Shown here: piece by piece, positions 26,736-35,549 of the stretch
How the letters are laid out: each line of letters starts with the position of its first letter
Numbering within the stretch: the stretch's first letter is position 1
IMG/VR virus record: IMGVR_UViG_3300007171_000004
Coordinates: 32,001 to 96,000 of that record
Direction: 5' to 3' (one strand)
Source: a virus
Lineage: Duplodnaviria > Caudoviricetes
Length of the DNA: 64,000 nucleotides
Made by a program: the position numbers and the translations under genes
Notes under the pieces: model-generated
Databases searched by the model: none
Told to the model about the DNA's origin: nothing
Seen by the model: only the letters and a program-made list of their open reading frames with translations

Positions 26736-27349
26736 TTTCCAAAGTGAATCATGCCGACTGAAGACAAGATTTGATATAAAACAAATGCTCCACCAAATCC
26801 AGCTAAAATTAGATTAATCCTAAAGAAGAATTTATCTTGTGATTTGCTAATTTCATCCAACTTATTTTCTGTAGCTTCTCTGAAATTCTTAACATGCGTA
26901 GATTGTTCGCTCTTGAGATTAGCAATTTCCGATTTAATTGTGGTGGTTTCATTTCTAACGGATGAATTAACTTCGCCTAATTTTCTCATGAATTTATCTA
27001 TTTCAGAGTTTAGAGCTTGTGCATTGATTATAGCTTGTAAATCATTCTTAAATTCGTTAAGTTCTCCGCCAAAATTAGAGAGAACTGCATTGTATTCATC
27101 GAGTTCTTGCCCAATGCCATTTTTATTTTTAGTATATACATCGAGAAGAGTTGAAATTACTAAAACTTTTTCAAAAATGCTTCTAATCTCAGCCACTTCT
27201 AGGTTGGAATTATTTAGTAAATCTGTTTTAAGTTGATTTTGTAACTCTAGGATTTTAACTAAAGCATTATTAAATTCGACATAAGCTTCTGTTTGAGCTT
27301 CTAATTTATGTTTAAGCTCTTCTATACTTTTGTTGCTTTCTTGATCCAT
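26732..27349 (-). CDS. Long coiled-coil protein with C-terminal transmembrane anchor
   Basis: Heptad-rich body; FFFRINLILAGFGGAFVLYQILSSV hydrophobic tail. Confidence 0.75.
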   Translation of the reverse strand: MDQESNKSIEELKHKLEAQTEAYVEFNNALVKILELQNQLKTDLLNNSNLEVAEIRSIFEKVLVISTLLDVYTKNKNGIGQELDEYNAVLSNFGGELNEFKNDLQAIINAQALNSEIDKFMRKLGEVNSSVRNETTTIKSEIANLKSEQSTHVKNFREATENKLDEISKSQDKFFFRINLILAGFGGAFVLYQILSSVGMIHFGK

Positions 27350-27685
27350 TTAAACACTACTCAGAACTTTCTTTAGTCGTGATGTTGATTCTTTAAGTGC
27401 TGCGAGAGAATTTTCTTGTTCTTCTAATGAAACTACAAAACAATTAGTTCCATGATTGATATCTTTAGATTCTATTAAATATTTCTTTCCTGAAAAATTT
27501 ACAAACTTTAAGTGCTCACATTTAGTTGGATTAAATCTTGATAAAATATTGAAGCCTTTATTAGCATATTGTTTTGCTGCATCGTTCATCATGAGCAACT
27601 TACCACTAATATCAATAATCCACATAGGCTGACTAAAACTATCTAAGAAAGCTTCGAGTATATTTGTTTGTAATTGTTGACTCAT
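27350..27685 (-). CDS. Stand-alone PAS-domain protein
   Basis: ILEAFLDSFSQPMWIIDISGKLLMMNDAA matches the PAS N-terminal consensus; short C-terminal amphipathic helix. Confidence 0.7.
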   Translation of the reverse strand: MSQQLQTNILEAFLDSFSQPMWIIDISGKLLMMNDAAKQYANKGFNILSRFNPTKCEHLKFVNFSGKKYLIESKDINHGTNCFVVSLEEQENSLAALKESTSRLKKVLSSV

Positions 27686-27694
27686 TTTTTATCC

Positions 27695-28453
27695 CTAAGA
27701 AAGAAATATGCGATTATAATATTCTTGGAATGTCTTATATGATTCCTCGTCTTCCATTACAAAGTAGACATTTTTTAAACTTACAATGTCATTAGATTGT
27801 AAGAATGTTTTAACAGCAGACAATTGAACTCTAGCTGTATCGTAAATATCATGAGTGCCACAATCTGCTGGAATCATAACAATACTTTGAGCGCCATTTA
27901 AAGATGCATGTAAAAGAGCTTTTCTTGTACTAGATCTAATATCTTCCTCATTTACAAGTCTAGATTCTCCTGCTACAACTCCATGAATGATTTGTTTTGC
28001 CTTGACTAAAGAATTTTCACCGCCATTGGAAGTAATATAAATATCTCCCATCTTATAAGGCTTTTTCAACTTATCGCATTCTTCTTGGACTTTATTTTTA
28101 GAAAGATTATTTAAAAGTTGATCGTCAATTGTAAGAATAGAATTAGCTGGATAATAAATAAAATCAGACTTTACAGCATAAGGATTAGCATGCTTATGAA
28201 TGGATACTTTTGTGCCTGTAGTTTGTTTTGGTTCTACTTTTGGAGTTTCTTGCGCCTTAACTTCTGGCTTTTCTTCGATCTTTTCTTCGATCTTTTCTTT
28301 GAATGAACATGAATTTAAATCTCCATTACATTCATTTGACCAGTTTTCTTTAAGCATAGGTAATGACTTCTGCAATAAAGATGATGTAATAAATTCATTA
28401 GATGTTAATTTAACAAAACAAATTTTCTTATCTTGAATATATAAAGGACACAT
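27695..28453 (-). CDS. Macrodomain protein with degenerate ADP-ribose-binding loops
   Basis: VQEEC..L...GDIYIT..G...AKQIIHGV...RKAL..A...SIVMIP scaffold is conserved; NAAN, GGGV and GIFG-type loops read YPAN, IDDQ and CGTH. Confidence 0.8.
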   Translation of the reverse strand: MCPLYIQDKKICFVKLTSNEFITSSLLQKSLPMLKENWSNECNGDLNSCSFKEKIEEKIEEKPEVKAQETPKVEPKQTTGTKVSIHKHANPYAVKSDFIYYPANSILTIDDQLLNNLSKNKVQEECDKLKKPYKMGDIYITSNGGENSLVKAKQIIHGVVAGESRLVNEEDIRSSTRKALLHASLNGAQSIVMIPADCGTHDIYDTARVQLSAVKTFLQSNDIVSLKNVYFVMEDEESYKTFQEYYNRIFLS

Positions 28454-28490
28454 AAAAAAATCTCCCAAAACGATTAGCTTTAGGAGATTT
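28454..28490 (-). promoter_or_regulatory. Hairpin plus U7 tract whose 3' arm contains the Shine-Dalgarno of the macrodomain gene
   Basis: Minus strand AAATCTCCT-N15-GGGAGATTT-TTTT-ATG. Confidence 0.55.
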
Positions 28491-28509
28491 GTACAATTTA
28501 AGATCTTTT

Positions 28510-29094
28510 TTAAGGTATTTTAGCAAGTTCTGTAGAAATTTGACCCATTTGAGTTGGACTAATTCCTAAAGCTGGTAAAATTGTTGCAATGTTTGTACCT
28601 GAAGTTTTAATTAATGTAGCTAATTCATTGTAGAATTCTTGCATTTTTGTTGGATCACTAGACCTTACAGCTAAATCATATAAACTCTTAGCTTTTCTAA
28701 ATTCAGGAAAACCAGCTAATGTTCTTGTACCTTGCTCAAGAATTTTTCTATTTTGTTGATCGATTAAATTCTGTTGTTGGTCAGGAGTTAAAGTTGAGAC
28801 AGTTCTTGGATCTTGCATGGTATAGAAAAATTCGTCTGGAGTTTTAGGAGTATTGCCAGTAGGATCAATATAAGAACCTTGATAAGGATTCAGACCATAA
28901 TTACCTCTACCTGCTTGTCCACCTAGATATGTATTTAAAGATCCACCAATATTATTAGGATCCATAATATATCCACCAATACCATAATTTTGAGCAGTTT
29001 TAATTAATTGGCTGTCAATCTTATCAGCTGCATAGAATTGGCCTTTTTGATCTAATTGTTTAGCCTTTTTGATATTATTTGAGGGGGATTCCAT
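28510..29094 (-). CDS. Hypothetical (putative head-internal) protein with LD..G.F..AD.ID...KTAQ motif
   Basis: KKAKQLDQKGQFYAADKIDSQLIKTAQ followed by a Gly/Tyr-rich stretch. Confidence 0.75.
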   Translation of the reverse strand: MESPSNNIKKAKQLDQKGQFYAADKIDSQLIKTAQNYGIGGYIMDPNNIGGSLNTYLGGQAGRGNYGLNPYQGSYIDPTGNTPKTPDEFFYTMQDPRTVSTLTPDQQQNLIDQQNRKILEQGTRTLAGFPEFRKAKSLYDLAVRSSDPTKMQEFYNELATLIKTSGTNIATILPALGISPTQMGQISTELAKIP

Positions 29095-29839
29095 ATTTAC
29101 TAGCTGTCTCCTGTAATTTTTGGGTCAAGACTGATGCTTTTTGTTGATCTGTGTAATCTTTACTATTAATTGTGTTATAAATCATTTCCCAAATAGGCTT
29201 GAAATCTGGGACTTGAACTTCTGCTTGAGCAGTTTTGATATTATCTTCGGTTGCATCATTAAGTTTTTTAAGGCCTCCAGAATGTCCATAACCTGTATAC
29301 TTTGGGACATATTGAGACATAGGAATATCACCAAAATTAGGGCCTTTTGTTAATCCACCAAATGTAGGGGCTGTTCCTGTAAATGTAACATCAGCATTAC
29401 CACCATAAATTGGGTCGCCCTTCATTTTCTTTTGGATTTGTTTAGGAGTAGGAGTATTCATCTTTTGAGCAGCATTAACGGCAACCCCAGCTCTAGCAGC
29501 AAAATCTGCAATCCAGCCTATATTCTGCAAACCTTGAATTTTAGGCAAAAGTTTACCAATAAGATCAGGAATATGAGTGGCTTCATAGATTTTTTCTAAT
29601 TGAGAAACAACAGTCTTTTGCTTTTCTGTTAATGTATTTGGAATTTCAATTTTATTAATTTCAACTAATAATGCTTGCAAAACAGCTGGATCAAATTTAA
29701 ATAATTCTGTTTTTAAGGCTGTTGGATCTTTGATTTGTAATACTCTTTGAAGATCTGCTGCAGTTTGATTTTGAGCAATTTTCATTTCCAATTCATGCAA
29801 CATATTATCAATTTTAATTAATTCAGCTGTTTTATCCAT
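29075..29839 (-). CDS. Hypothetical protein with DKTAE / KIAQ / KTAQ motifs
   Basis: ORF overlapping both neighbours in the operon. Confidence 0.75.
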   Translation of the reverse strand: MDKTAELIKIDNMLHELEMKIAQNQTAADLQRVLQIKDPTALKTELFKFDPAVLQALLVEINKIEIPNTLTEKQKTVVSQLEKIYEATHIPDLIGKLLPKIQGLQNIGWIADFAARAGVAVNAAQKMNTPTPKQIQKKMKGDPIYGGNADVTFTGTAPTFGGLTKGPNFGDIPMSQYVPKYTGYGHSGGLKKLNDATEDNIKTAQAEVQVPDFKPIWEMIYNTINSKDYTDQQKASVLTQKLQETASKYGIPLK

Positions 29840-31110
29840 TATTTTTTGCCTCTAGCATTTTCATAAATTTCTTTGAGTCTTTTGTTTTTTTCCATTTTCC
29901 CGAGAGTATTTAATGTGTTATTTAAAATTTTGATTAATTGAGACTCGAGCTTGCAAAAGACACCATTAAGTTGAGAACCATCATATATAAAATATCTTGA
30001 TAGTTCTGTAAGCTTATAAAATTCTTTAAAAGGTACAACTTCTACTTCAGGTCTTTTATTTTTCATGGAATCGTTAATTTTATCTATTTCTTCATTTATA
30101 TCTTTAAGGATTTTTTCATATTCTTCATTGTCTTTACTAGTCAAAGTTCCAGCTGTAAATTTATCATCTCTTTGTTTGATAAACATATTTCTTTCGGTTT
30201 CAAGTTTATGTCTTTGTCTAATCAATAATTCTGGATTAGCTTTAACCTGAAGCAAAGGATATCTTAGAATATTAGTAATTTCTTTAGCACCATATTTCTG
30301 CAATTCTGGCATTTGAGCAATTTTTTCTAAGGAACTCATGATTGATTGAACATCTGCGGTATTCCAAACTACAACTTTATCCTTAACTGGCATTACAGCT
30401 GTAGGGTTACCAAAAGGGTCCGTGATAGTACCTCTATCACGCTTAAAATCACCCAATGGACTTCCTGTGGCAGATGCAGGATCATACACTTGAGTATTAG
30501 GATCTGTAGGACCCAATCTATCAGGAGGTGTTAAACCTACTAATCTCTGTAAAGGAGCTAAAGGACTCCTATTTCCTCTATATGTATCTTGAGAAATTGT
30601 AAATATTTTCTTCTTGAAGTAAATTTGAGCATATCCTGTCAAGTTAGTCAATAGATTTTGGATAAATACTTCTTCCTCAATAATACAACCGTCTTTTTTA
30701 GGTTTATCTGGATCTTCATCTTCTTCTGTCGGCTTATATAAATCTAATTCACCCCCTGGAGGTCTTACAATTAAATCGGAAGGACCTTCATTAGGATCTC
30801 TTCTTTCTAATTGATCTAGTGGTATCAAATCTTTATCTGTTGTGTTTGGCGTTGGTGTAGAAGGAGGTTTAGGAGTTGAATTAGGTTTAGGGCTTGGTGT
30901 AGGCGATGTTGGATTACTGCCAGATTGATCATTTGTAGTTTTAAATGCTTCCTGTAGAGCTTCACGGTCAGGATGCATTTCACCCATTGAACCCCATAAT
31001 TCACGAAATTTTAATCGTGGATTCGGTGCAGCTTGTAAAATGGTTAAAAATTCATTATATTTAGCCATATCAAGACTAATTCTAATAGATGCTGCTAATT
31101 TGTACCACAT
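29839..31110 (-). CDS. Hypothetical protein with MWYKLA N-terminus and Pro/Thr linker
   Basis: MWYKLAAS start; SNPTSPTPSPKPNSTPKPPSTPTP linker. Confidence 0.8.
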   Translation of the reverse strand: MWYKLAASIRISLDMAKYNEFLTILQAAPNPRLKFRELWGSMGEMHPDREALQEAFKTTNDQSGSNPTSPTPSPKPNSTPKPPSTPTPNTTDKDLIPLDQLERRDPNEGPSDLIVRPPGGELDLYKPTEEDEDPDKPKKDGCIIEEEVFIQNLLTNLTGYAQIYFKKKIFTISQDTYRGNRSPLAPLQRLVGLTPPDRLGPTDPNTQVYDPASATGSPLGDFKRDRGTITDPFGNPTAVMPVKDKVVVWNTADVQSIMSSLEKIAQMPELQKYGAKEITNILRYPLLQVKANPELLIRQRHKLETERNMFIKQRDDKFTAGTLTSKDNEEYEKILKDINEEIDKINDSMKNKRPEVEVVPFKEFYKLTELSRYFIYDGSQLNGVFCKLESQLIKILNNTLNTLGKMEKNKRLKEIYENARGKK

Positions 31111-31122
31111 AGATTTTCTTCC

Positions 31123-32475
31123 TTACCAATCAACTGTAGAATATTTCTCTGGATGGTCTGCACAATCCTTTGTAATAATAATCTTCTTTGGCTTGGCAGA
31201 ATGTGGTCCAATATGTTCAAAAGCTGCAAAACTTACAGATCTTTTCACCATATTATTTAAAGCTCTTGTACCTGTCCCCATGGCTTCAACTTTGCTTACA
31301 ATATCTTCAATGAACTCTTCGTCAAATTCTAATTCAATTCCATGTTCAGCAAAAAGAATCTGTTGTTTATTAATAGGAGAATTATCAAGGTCTAACAAAC
31401 ATTGAGTCAATTCTTCTTTTGTAAGTGGAGCAAGAATGACAACTGTTTGAATTCTTCCTACAAATTCAGCAGCCAAACCATAATCAATTAAAGATTCGTT
31501 TAAGATTTCGTGTGTAGCAAGACCAAGAATTTCATGAGGCTTTAAATCATTTTTTGACTTCTCATCATTCTTTGTGAAACCAATATTTTTGTTATGAATC
31601 TTAAGTTTTTCAGCTACAATATCAGATAATCCGTTAAATGCTCCTCCAAAACAAAATAGCATCCTAGCAGTGTCAACAAATGTAGCTGGACCACCCTGAT
31701 CACCTAAAATAGAGGATGGAATTTTAACTTTCTTACCTTCAATTAATTTAAGCATAGAGAACTGAGTATTGGTGTTTAAAGATTCAATTTTAGATTTACT
31801 AGAATTTCCAGCAAGTTTATCAATTTCATCAATAAAAACTATTCCTCTTTCAGCACTATCAATATCGCCTTGGGTTTTTAGAAACAGCTCATGAATAACA
31901 GAATCTGCATCTGCTCCTTGAAAACCTGTTGGAGAATAAGCTGTAGCATCTCCAATTACAAATGGCACTTCAAGATCATTGGCAATTGATGTGGTGATTA
32001 AAGTTTTACCAGAACCACTTGGGCCTAATAATAAGATATTATATTTATCATTATAGTTAGTTTGATATGTAGCTCTAATATGTTCGTATACAGTCAGGCT
32101 AATTCTCTTTTTAGCTTCATCTTGTCCAATTACTTTTTTATTTAAAGAATCATAAAAATATTTTGGACTTAAATGATTATAAGAACGTTTCCCTTTCATG
32201 GCATTATATTGTTGTCTTGCCATAGGAATAAGATCGAAAATGTTATTCTTAAGATCTTCGCCTGATTTTTCGTCGTGGATATTTAGGAGTACTGATAAGA
32301 GTTTGCCGTTAAGCTCCATCTGACCAAGAGTACTACCTACTTGAAAACAAGAATAATGATCATCGCAGAATTTAATGGCATCGCTCTCTTGAAATAGATT
32401 GAAATTATCTATAATAGTATGAGCTGCCTTCTTATTACAGAACGAACATCTATTCTGTACTGTTATTTCTCTCAT
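31123..32475 (-). CDS. clpX: ClpX-like AAA+ unfoldase
   Basis: N-terminal CSFC Zn domain, VIGQDEAKK, Walker A GPSGSGKT, Walker B IVFIDEIDK, LKLIEG, IGF loop (NIGF), PEFIGR-like AEFVGR. Confidence 0.9.
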   Translation of the reverse strand: MREITVQNRCSFCNKKAAHTIIDNFNLFQESDAIKFCDDHYSCFQVGSTLGQMELNGKLLSVLLNIHDEKSGEDLKNNIFDLIPMARQQYNAMKGKRSYNHLSPKYFYDSLNKKVIGQDEAKKRISLTVYEHIRATYQTNYNDKYNILLLGPSGSGKTLITTSIANDLEVPFVIGDATAYSPTGFQGADADSVIHELFLKTQGDIDSAERGIVFIDEIDKLAGNSSKSKIESLNTNTQFSMLKLIEGKKVKIPSSILGDQGGPATFVDTARMLFCFGGAFNGLSDIVAEKLKIHNKNIGFTKNDEKSKNDLKPHEILGLATHEILNESLIDYGLAAEFVGRIQTVVILAPLTKEELTQCLLDLDNSPINKQQILFAEHGIELEFDEEFIEDIVSKVEAMGTGTRALNNMVKRSVSFAAFEHIGPHSAKPKKIIITKDCADHPEKYSTVDW

Positions 32476-32481
32476 TAGTGA

Positions 32482-33366
32482 TTATTGTACAGAATGTTTC
32501 TTGTAATAATCCATAATAAGCTTTTGAACGTCTCTTTCTGGATACCAATTTCCCGGAGTTTGTACTAACTTCATTGTATGTATTTTCTCCAAATCATATT
32601 TTCTTTCAAACCCTGCTAAAAATTGTATTGAAATAGCTTTAATATTAGATAAAACATCTTCAAGAGATAAATGCTCGCACAAAGTATCTAAGAATTGTTT
32701 CTTTGATATAATAAAAGCTTTTTGTTCTGCATTAAAATCATTTTCTTTTTCAGCATAAAAATCATCATCAAGAACAGCTCTCATGAGAACTAAATCCCAG
32801 AAGAATTTTTGATCTTCTCTTGGAGTCAATTGTTTAGCAACAGTTGACACTTCTTTCGATGGATGTTCTCTCAATTCATCAGAACTTTCAGAAAGAAATC
32901 TATCAAACTTTGGAACTAAAGCATTTTCTCTTCTCTCATATGAACTTTTGCCAGATCCAGAAGAATATTGCACTTCAGTTGTTGCGGATTTAGCATATGG
33001 AGTATGAGAAAGAGTATAGCCCTGCATAGCTTTTAATGCATTTTCTCTATTTTGCATCAATTGTTCAGGTGTATGAAAAAATTCTTTAACAACATCAGCA
33101 TCTTTAATTTTACCAAGTAATTTAGCTTCAAATTGATATTTAGGAATTCTAAGCTCTTTGTGTCCGTAAGGAATAGAAAGATATCCTGGTAATGGTAAAT
33201 AATCTTTTGAATGTTCTTGTAAAATAGCGCCTAAAGTAGGGTTAATAAAGGCAATTTCGTTAATTGTTTTGCCAGATAGATCAACTACATCATCTTCATG
33301 AGAGAATTGTCGTCTATATACGGTGTTTCTATTTTTTTCTGATCTACTTAAGTTAAATGGTTCCAT
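32482..33366 (-). CDS. Hypothetical protein (294 aa)
   Basis: Long ORF heading the clpX operon; no motif recognised. Confidence 0.75.
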   Translation of the reverse strand: MEPFNLSRSEKNRNTVYRRQFSHEDDVVDLSGKTINEIAFINPTLGAILQEHSKDYLPLPGYLSIPYGHKELRIPKYQFEAKLLGKIKDADVVKEFFHTPEQLMQNRENALKAMQGYTLSHTPYAKSATTEVQYSSGSGKSSYERRENALVPKFDRFLSESSDELREHPSKEVSTVAKQLTPREDQKFFWDLVLMRAVLDDDFYAEKENDFNAEQKAFIISKKQFLDTLCEHLSLEDVLSNIKAISIQFLAGFERKYDLEKIHTMKLVQTPGNWYPERDVQKLIMDYYKKHSVQ

Positions 33367-33472
33367 ATCTTTTATTTACAAATTCCTTAGAAAATTATCC
33401 TTGAATCACAGGTTATAATATTTATTTTTCAAGAATATTAGGATGTATTCTTGTATTTGAGAGGAAATTAAA

Positions 33473-33679
33473 ATGGCATTACCCGACAACAACCAAAACA
33501 GAGGCAAAGGAAATTGGCAGATCCACTTGTACAATCCTAGTGAGAAGATCGGCCCTATTTCCGGTAATCTAGTAGTTGGTAAAGACTTTCATGTAATTTA
33601 TGCTGACGATAGACTTACAGTTTGTTTAGCTAATGTACCAAGTCAAAATGTAGCTTATGTTTTAAATTTGAAGGACTAA
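33473..33679 (+). CDS. Small hypothetical protein (68 aa)
   Basis: GAGG RBS before ATG. Confidence 0.6.
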   Translation: MALPDNNQNRGKGNWQIHLYNPSEKIGPISGNLVVGKDFHVIYADDRLTVCLANVPSQNVAYVLNLKD

Positions 33680-33683
33680 TATT

Positions 33684-33956
33684 ATGTGGATTAAACTTGC
33701 TAAGAACAAAGATGAAATTGGAGATGTTAAGTTAATAAAGAAGTTAGCTGAAACTGCCATTCGTAGTTTATTGTTCAAGCAAGGCCACTATAATCCTTCA
33801 GAGCATGACGTTAATTGGAGAGTTAAGCGAGTTCTTGAAGAAATTATGGAGGAATATGGCAATTTAGAAGATGTAAGAGCTAAGGGGACAATTTACCTTA
33901 AACCTTATGTGGAAAAAATTGCCTATAAAATTTTTAAGAACAGAAAGAAAGATTAA
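33684..33956 (+). CDS. Small hypothetical protein with MWIKLA N-terminus
   Basis: Same N-terminal pattern as 29839..31110. Confidence 0.65.
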   Translation: MWIKLAKNKDEIGDVKLIKKLAETAIRSLLFKQGHYNPSEHDVNWRVKRVLEEIMEEYGNLEDVRAKGTIYLKPYVEKIAYKIFKNRKKD

Positions 33957-34568
33957 TTGCATACGTTTGAAGATGAGATAATTAGTAAGATAAAAGAAAT
34001 TAAAGAGAGCAAGAATTCTGAAAACATTTTAATAGCTTTACATTCTTTTTTATCTGACAATTTAGATTCACCCTCAGTTATAGTAGAAAATATCAAAACA
34101 TTTGAAGAATTACACCACGAACTTTATTTTAAGTCTTTAGATGAAATTAGATTAGATAGATTAAAATTACTAAATAAATATATCGACTCTCAATATCTAT
34201 ATTCACTTCCTATAAATAAAATCAATAAAGCTCTTGATATCTTAAATTCATTTCTAGGTTTTACTATTTTTTATGATACTAGAAGGGCTGATTTTTTTGC
34301 AGAATGTTCATTAATCGATACATTCTCTAGCTTAAATCTGCCTGAAAAATTTAAAGAAATAATAAAAGAAAGAGAAGAGTTTGCTATCAGTACAAGAGAA
34401 AAAATCTTGAATGTCACCAGAAATACAAATAAGTACAACTGGAATACAATCTTTTATGAAACTGTAATCACAAAATCTCTTAAAAACTGGCAAAAAACTT
34501 ACGGCCATTCTATAAATTACATCTTAAATGATACCGAAAAGAGAATGAGCTCCCTAATATTGAAATGA
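33957..34568 (+). CDS. Hypothetical protein (203 aa)
   Basis: TTG start directly after the upstream TAA. Confidence 0.65.
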   Translation: MHTFEDEIISKIKEIKESKNSENILIALHSFLSDNLDSPSVIVENIKTFEELHHELYFKSLDEIRLDRLKLLNKYIDSQYLYSLPINKINKALDILNSFLGFTIFYDTRRADFFAECSLIDTFSSLNLPEKFKEIIKEREEFAISTREKILNVTRNTNKYNWNTIFYETVITKSLKNWQKTYGHSINYILNDTEKRMSSLILK

Positions 34569-35116
34569 AAGCCTACCTAACGTTCTATAAAAAATCATCT
34601 CAATTTCTTGGTGTTTCTTTTCCCTTAGAATCTGAAATAGAAGAAATCCCATCAGGTTGCCCAGTCATTGTCGTAGTAGATCATGACTTTATTAAATGTG
34701 TCTATAGAGTCGGCACTAATGGGGAAATCAATCAAATTTATGGGTTTCAAGATTATCTGATTCAAATAGAAGAAATACTTGATCTTTCTTACAAATATTT
34801 AAAAATCTATCATTACATCAGATTTACTCTAGAACATTTATTTAGAGAATTACTTTTAGATGAATTAATAAAGAATAAAATATCCTTATTATTAATGGAA
34901 AAATCTATCAATGATAATTACTTCAATAATTCTTTAATTTGGGATGTTTTTAAATCAATTGTGTCTAAAGAAATAAGATCTTCTAAAATCGAAAATAAAT
35001 TGAAAACAAAATTGTCCAGCAAACTTAATAAACTAAGAGAACCTACAGCTTATGTAACATCTAAAAAAATTGATGTAAATATGGTGGGATACGATCTTAA
35101 ATTCACAAAACCCTAA
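34565..35116 (+). CDS. Hypothetical protein (183 aa)
   Basis: ATGA-coupled ORF. Confidence 0.65.
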   Translation: MKAYLTFYKKSSQFLGVSFPLESEIEEIPSGCPVIVVVDHDFIKCVYRVGTNGEINQIYGFQDYLIQIEEILDLSYKYLKIYHYIRFTLEHLFRELLLDELIKNKISLLLMEKSINDNYFNNSLIWDVFKSIVSKEIRSSKIENKLKTKLSSKLNKLREPTAYVTSKKIDVNMVGYDLKFTKP

Positions 35117-35514
35117 ACACCATATAGTTTGTTTTGGATAATATTAAAAATTCTAGCTTTATTGGCGCAAACTTCACAACAAGACTCTGATTTTTCCCAG
35201 ATTTTTCTTCCACCAGGCATTGTTCTAATTACACATCTACAATTATCATGAACTGTAGGAGGTAACCAAGAAGCTGGCCAATTTGCTGTCGGATCTTGTT
35301 TTGGTGGGACAATCTCATTTTGAACACCTGCGGGAGGATCTGGAGTAATTACAGGTTCTTCTGCCTCCTGTTCCTCTTCAACATTAGGCATTTCTTCAAC
35401 AATATCTTCCTCTGATTGATCTTCATCTGCAAAAAATCTTGTTGGTTTAGTTCTAATAGGATGACCATACAGATTATATTTTGTCGCAATGATATGTTTG
35501 TAGAGATTGAACAT
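35113..35514 (-). CDS. Protein with a Mu gpF / SPP1 gp7-like PP..H.NCRC metal-binding motif
   Basis: PPTVHDNCRC followed by W...CCEVC; acidic N-terminal half; ATG 35514 preferred. Confidence 0.6.
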   Translation of the reverse strand: MFNLYKHIIATKYNLYGHPIRTKPTRFFADEDQSEEDIVEEMPNVEEEQEAEEPVITPDPPAGVQNEIVPPKQDPTANWPASWLPPTVHDNCRCVIRTMPGGRKIWEKSESCCEVCANKARIFNIIQNKLYGV

Positions 35515-35549
35515 AATTCTTATATTAATATATCTGTACAAAAAACCCT

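Noticed and set aside
26732-27349. Holin call for the coiled-coil TM protein
   Set aside because: Single C-terminal TM with a long soluble coil, not adjacent to either hydrolase; no positive evidence.
28269-28300. 12-nt tandem repeat TTTTCTTCGATC
   Set aside because: Only about 2.5 copies encoding EKIEEKIEEK in a linker; ordinary slippage.
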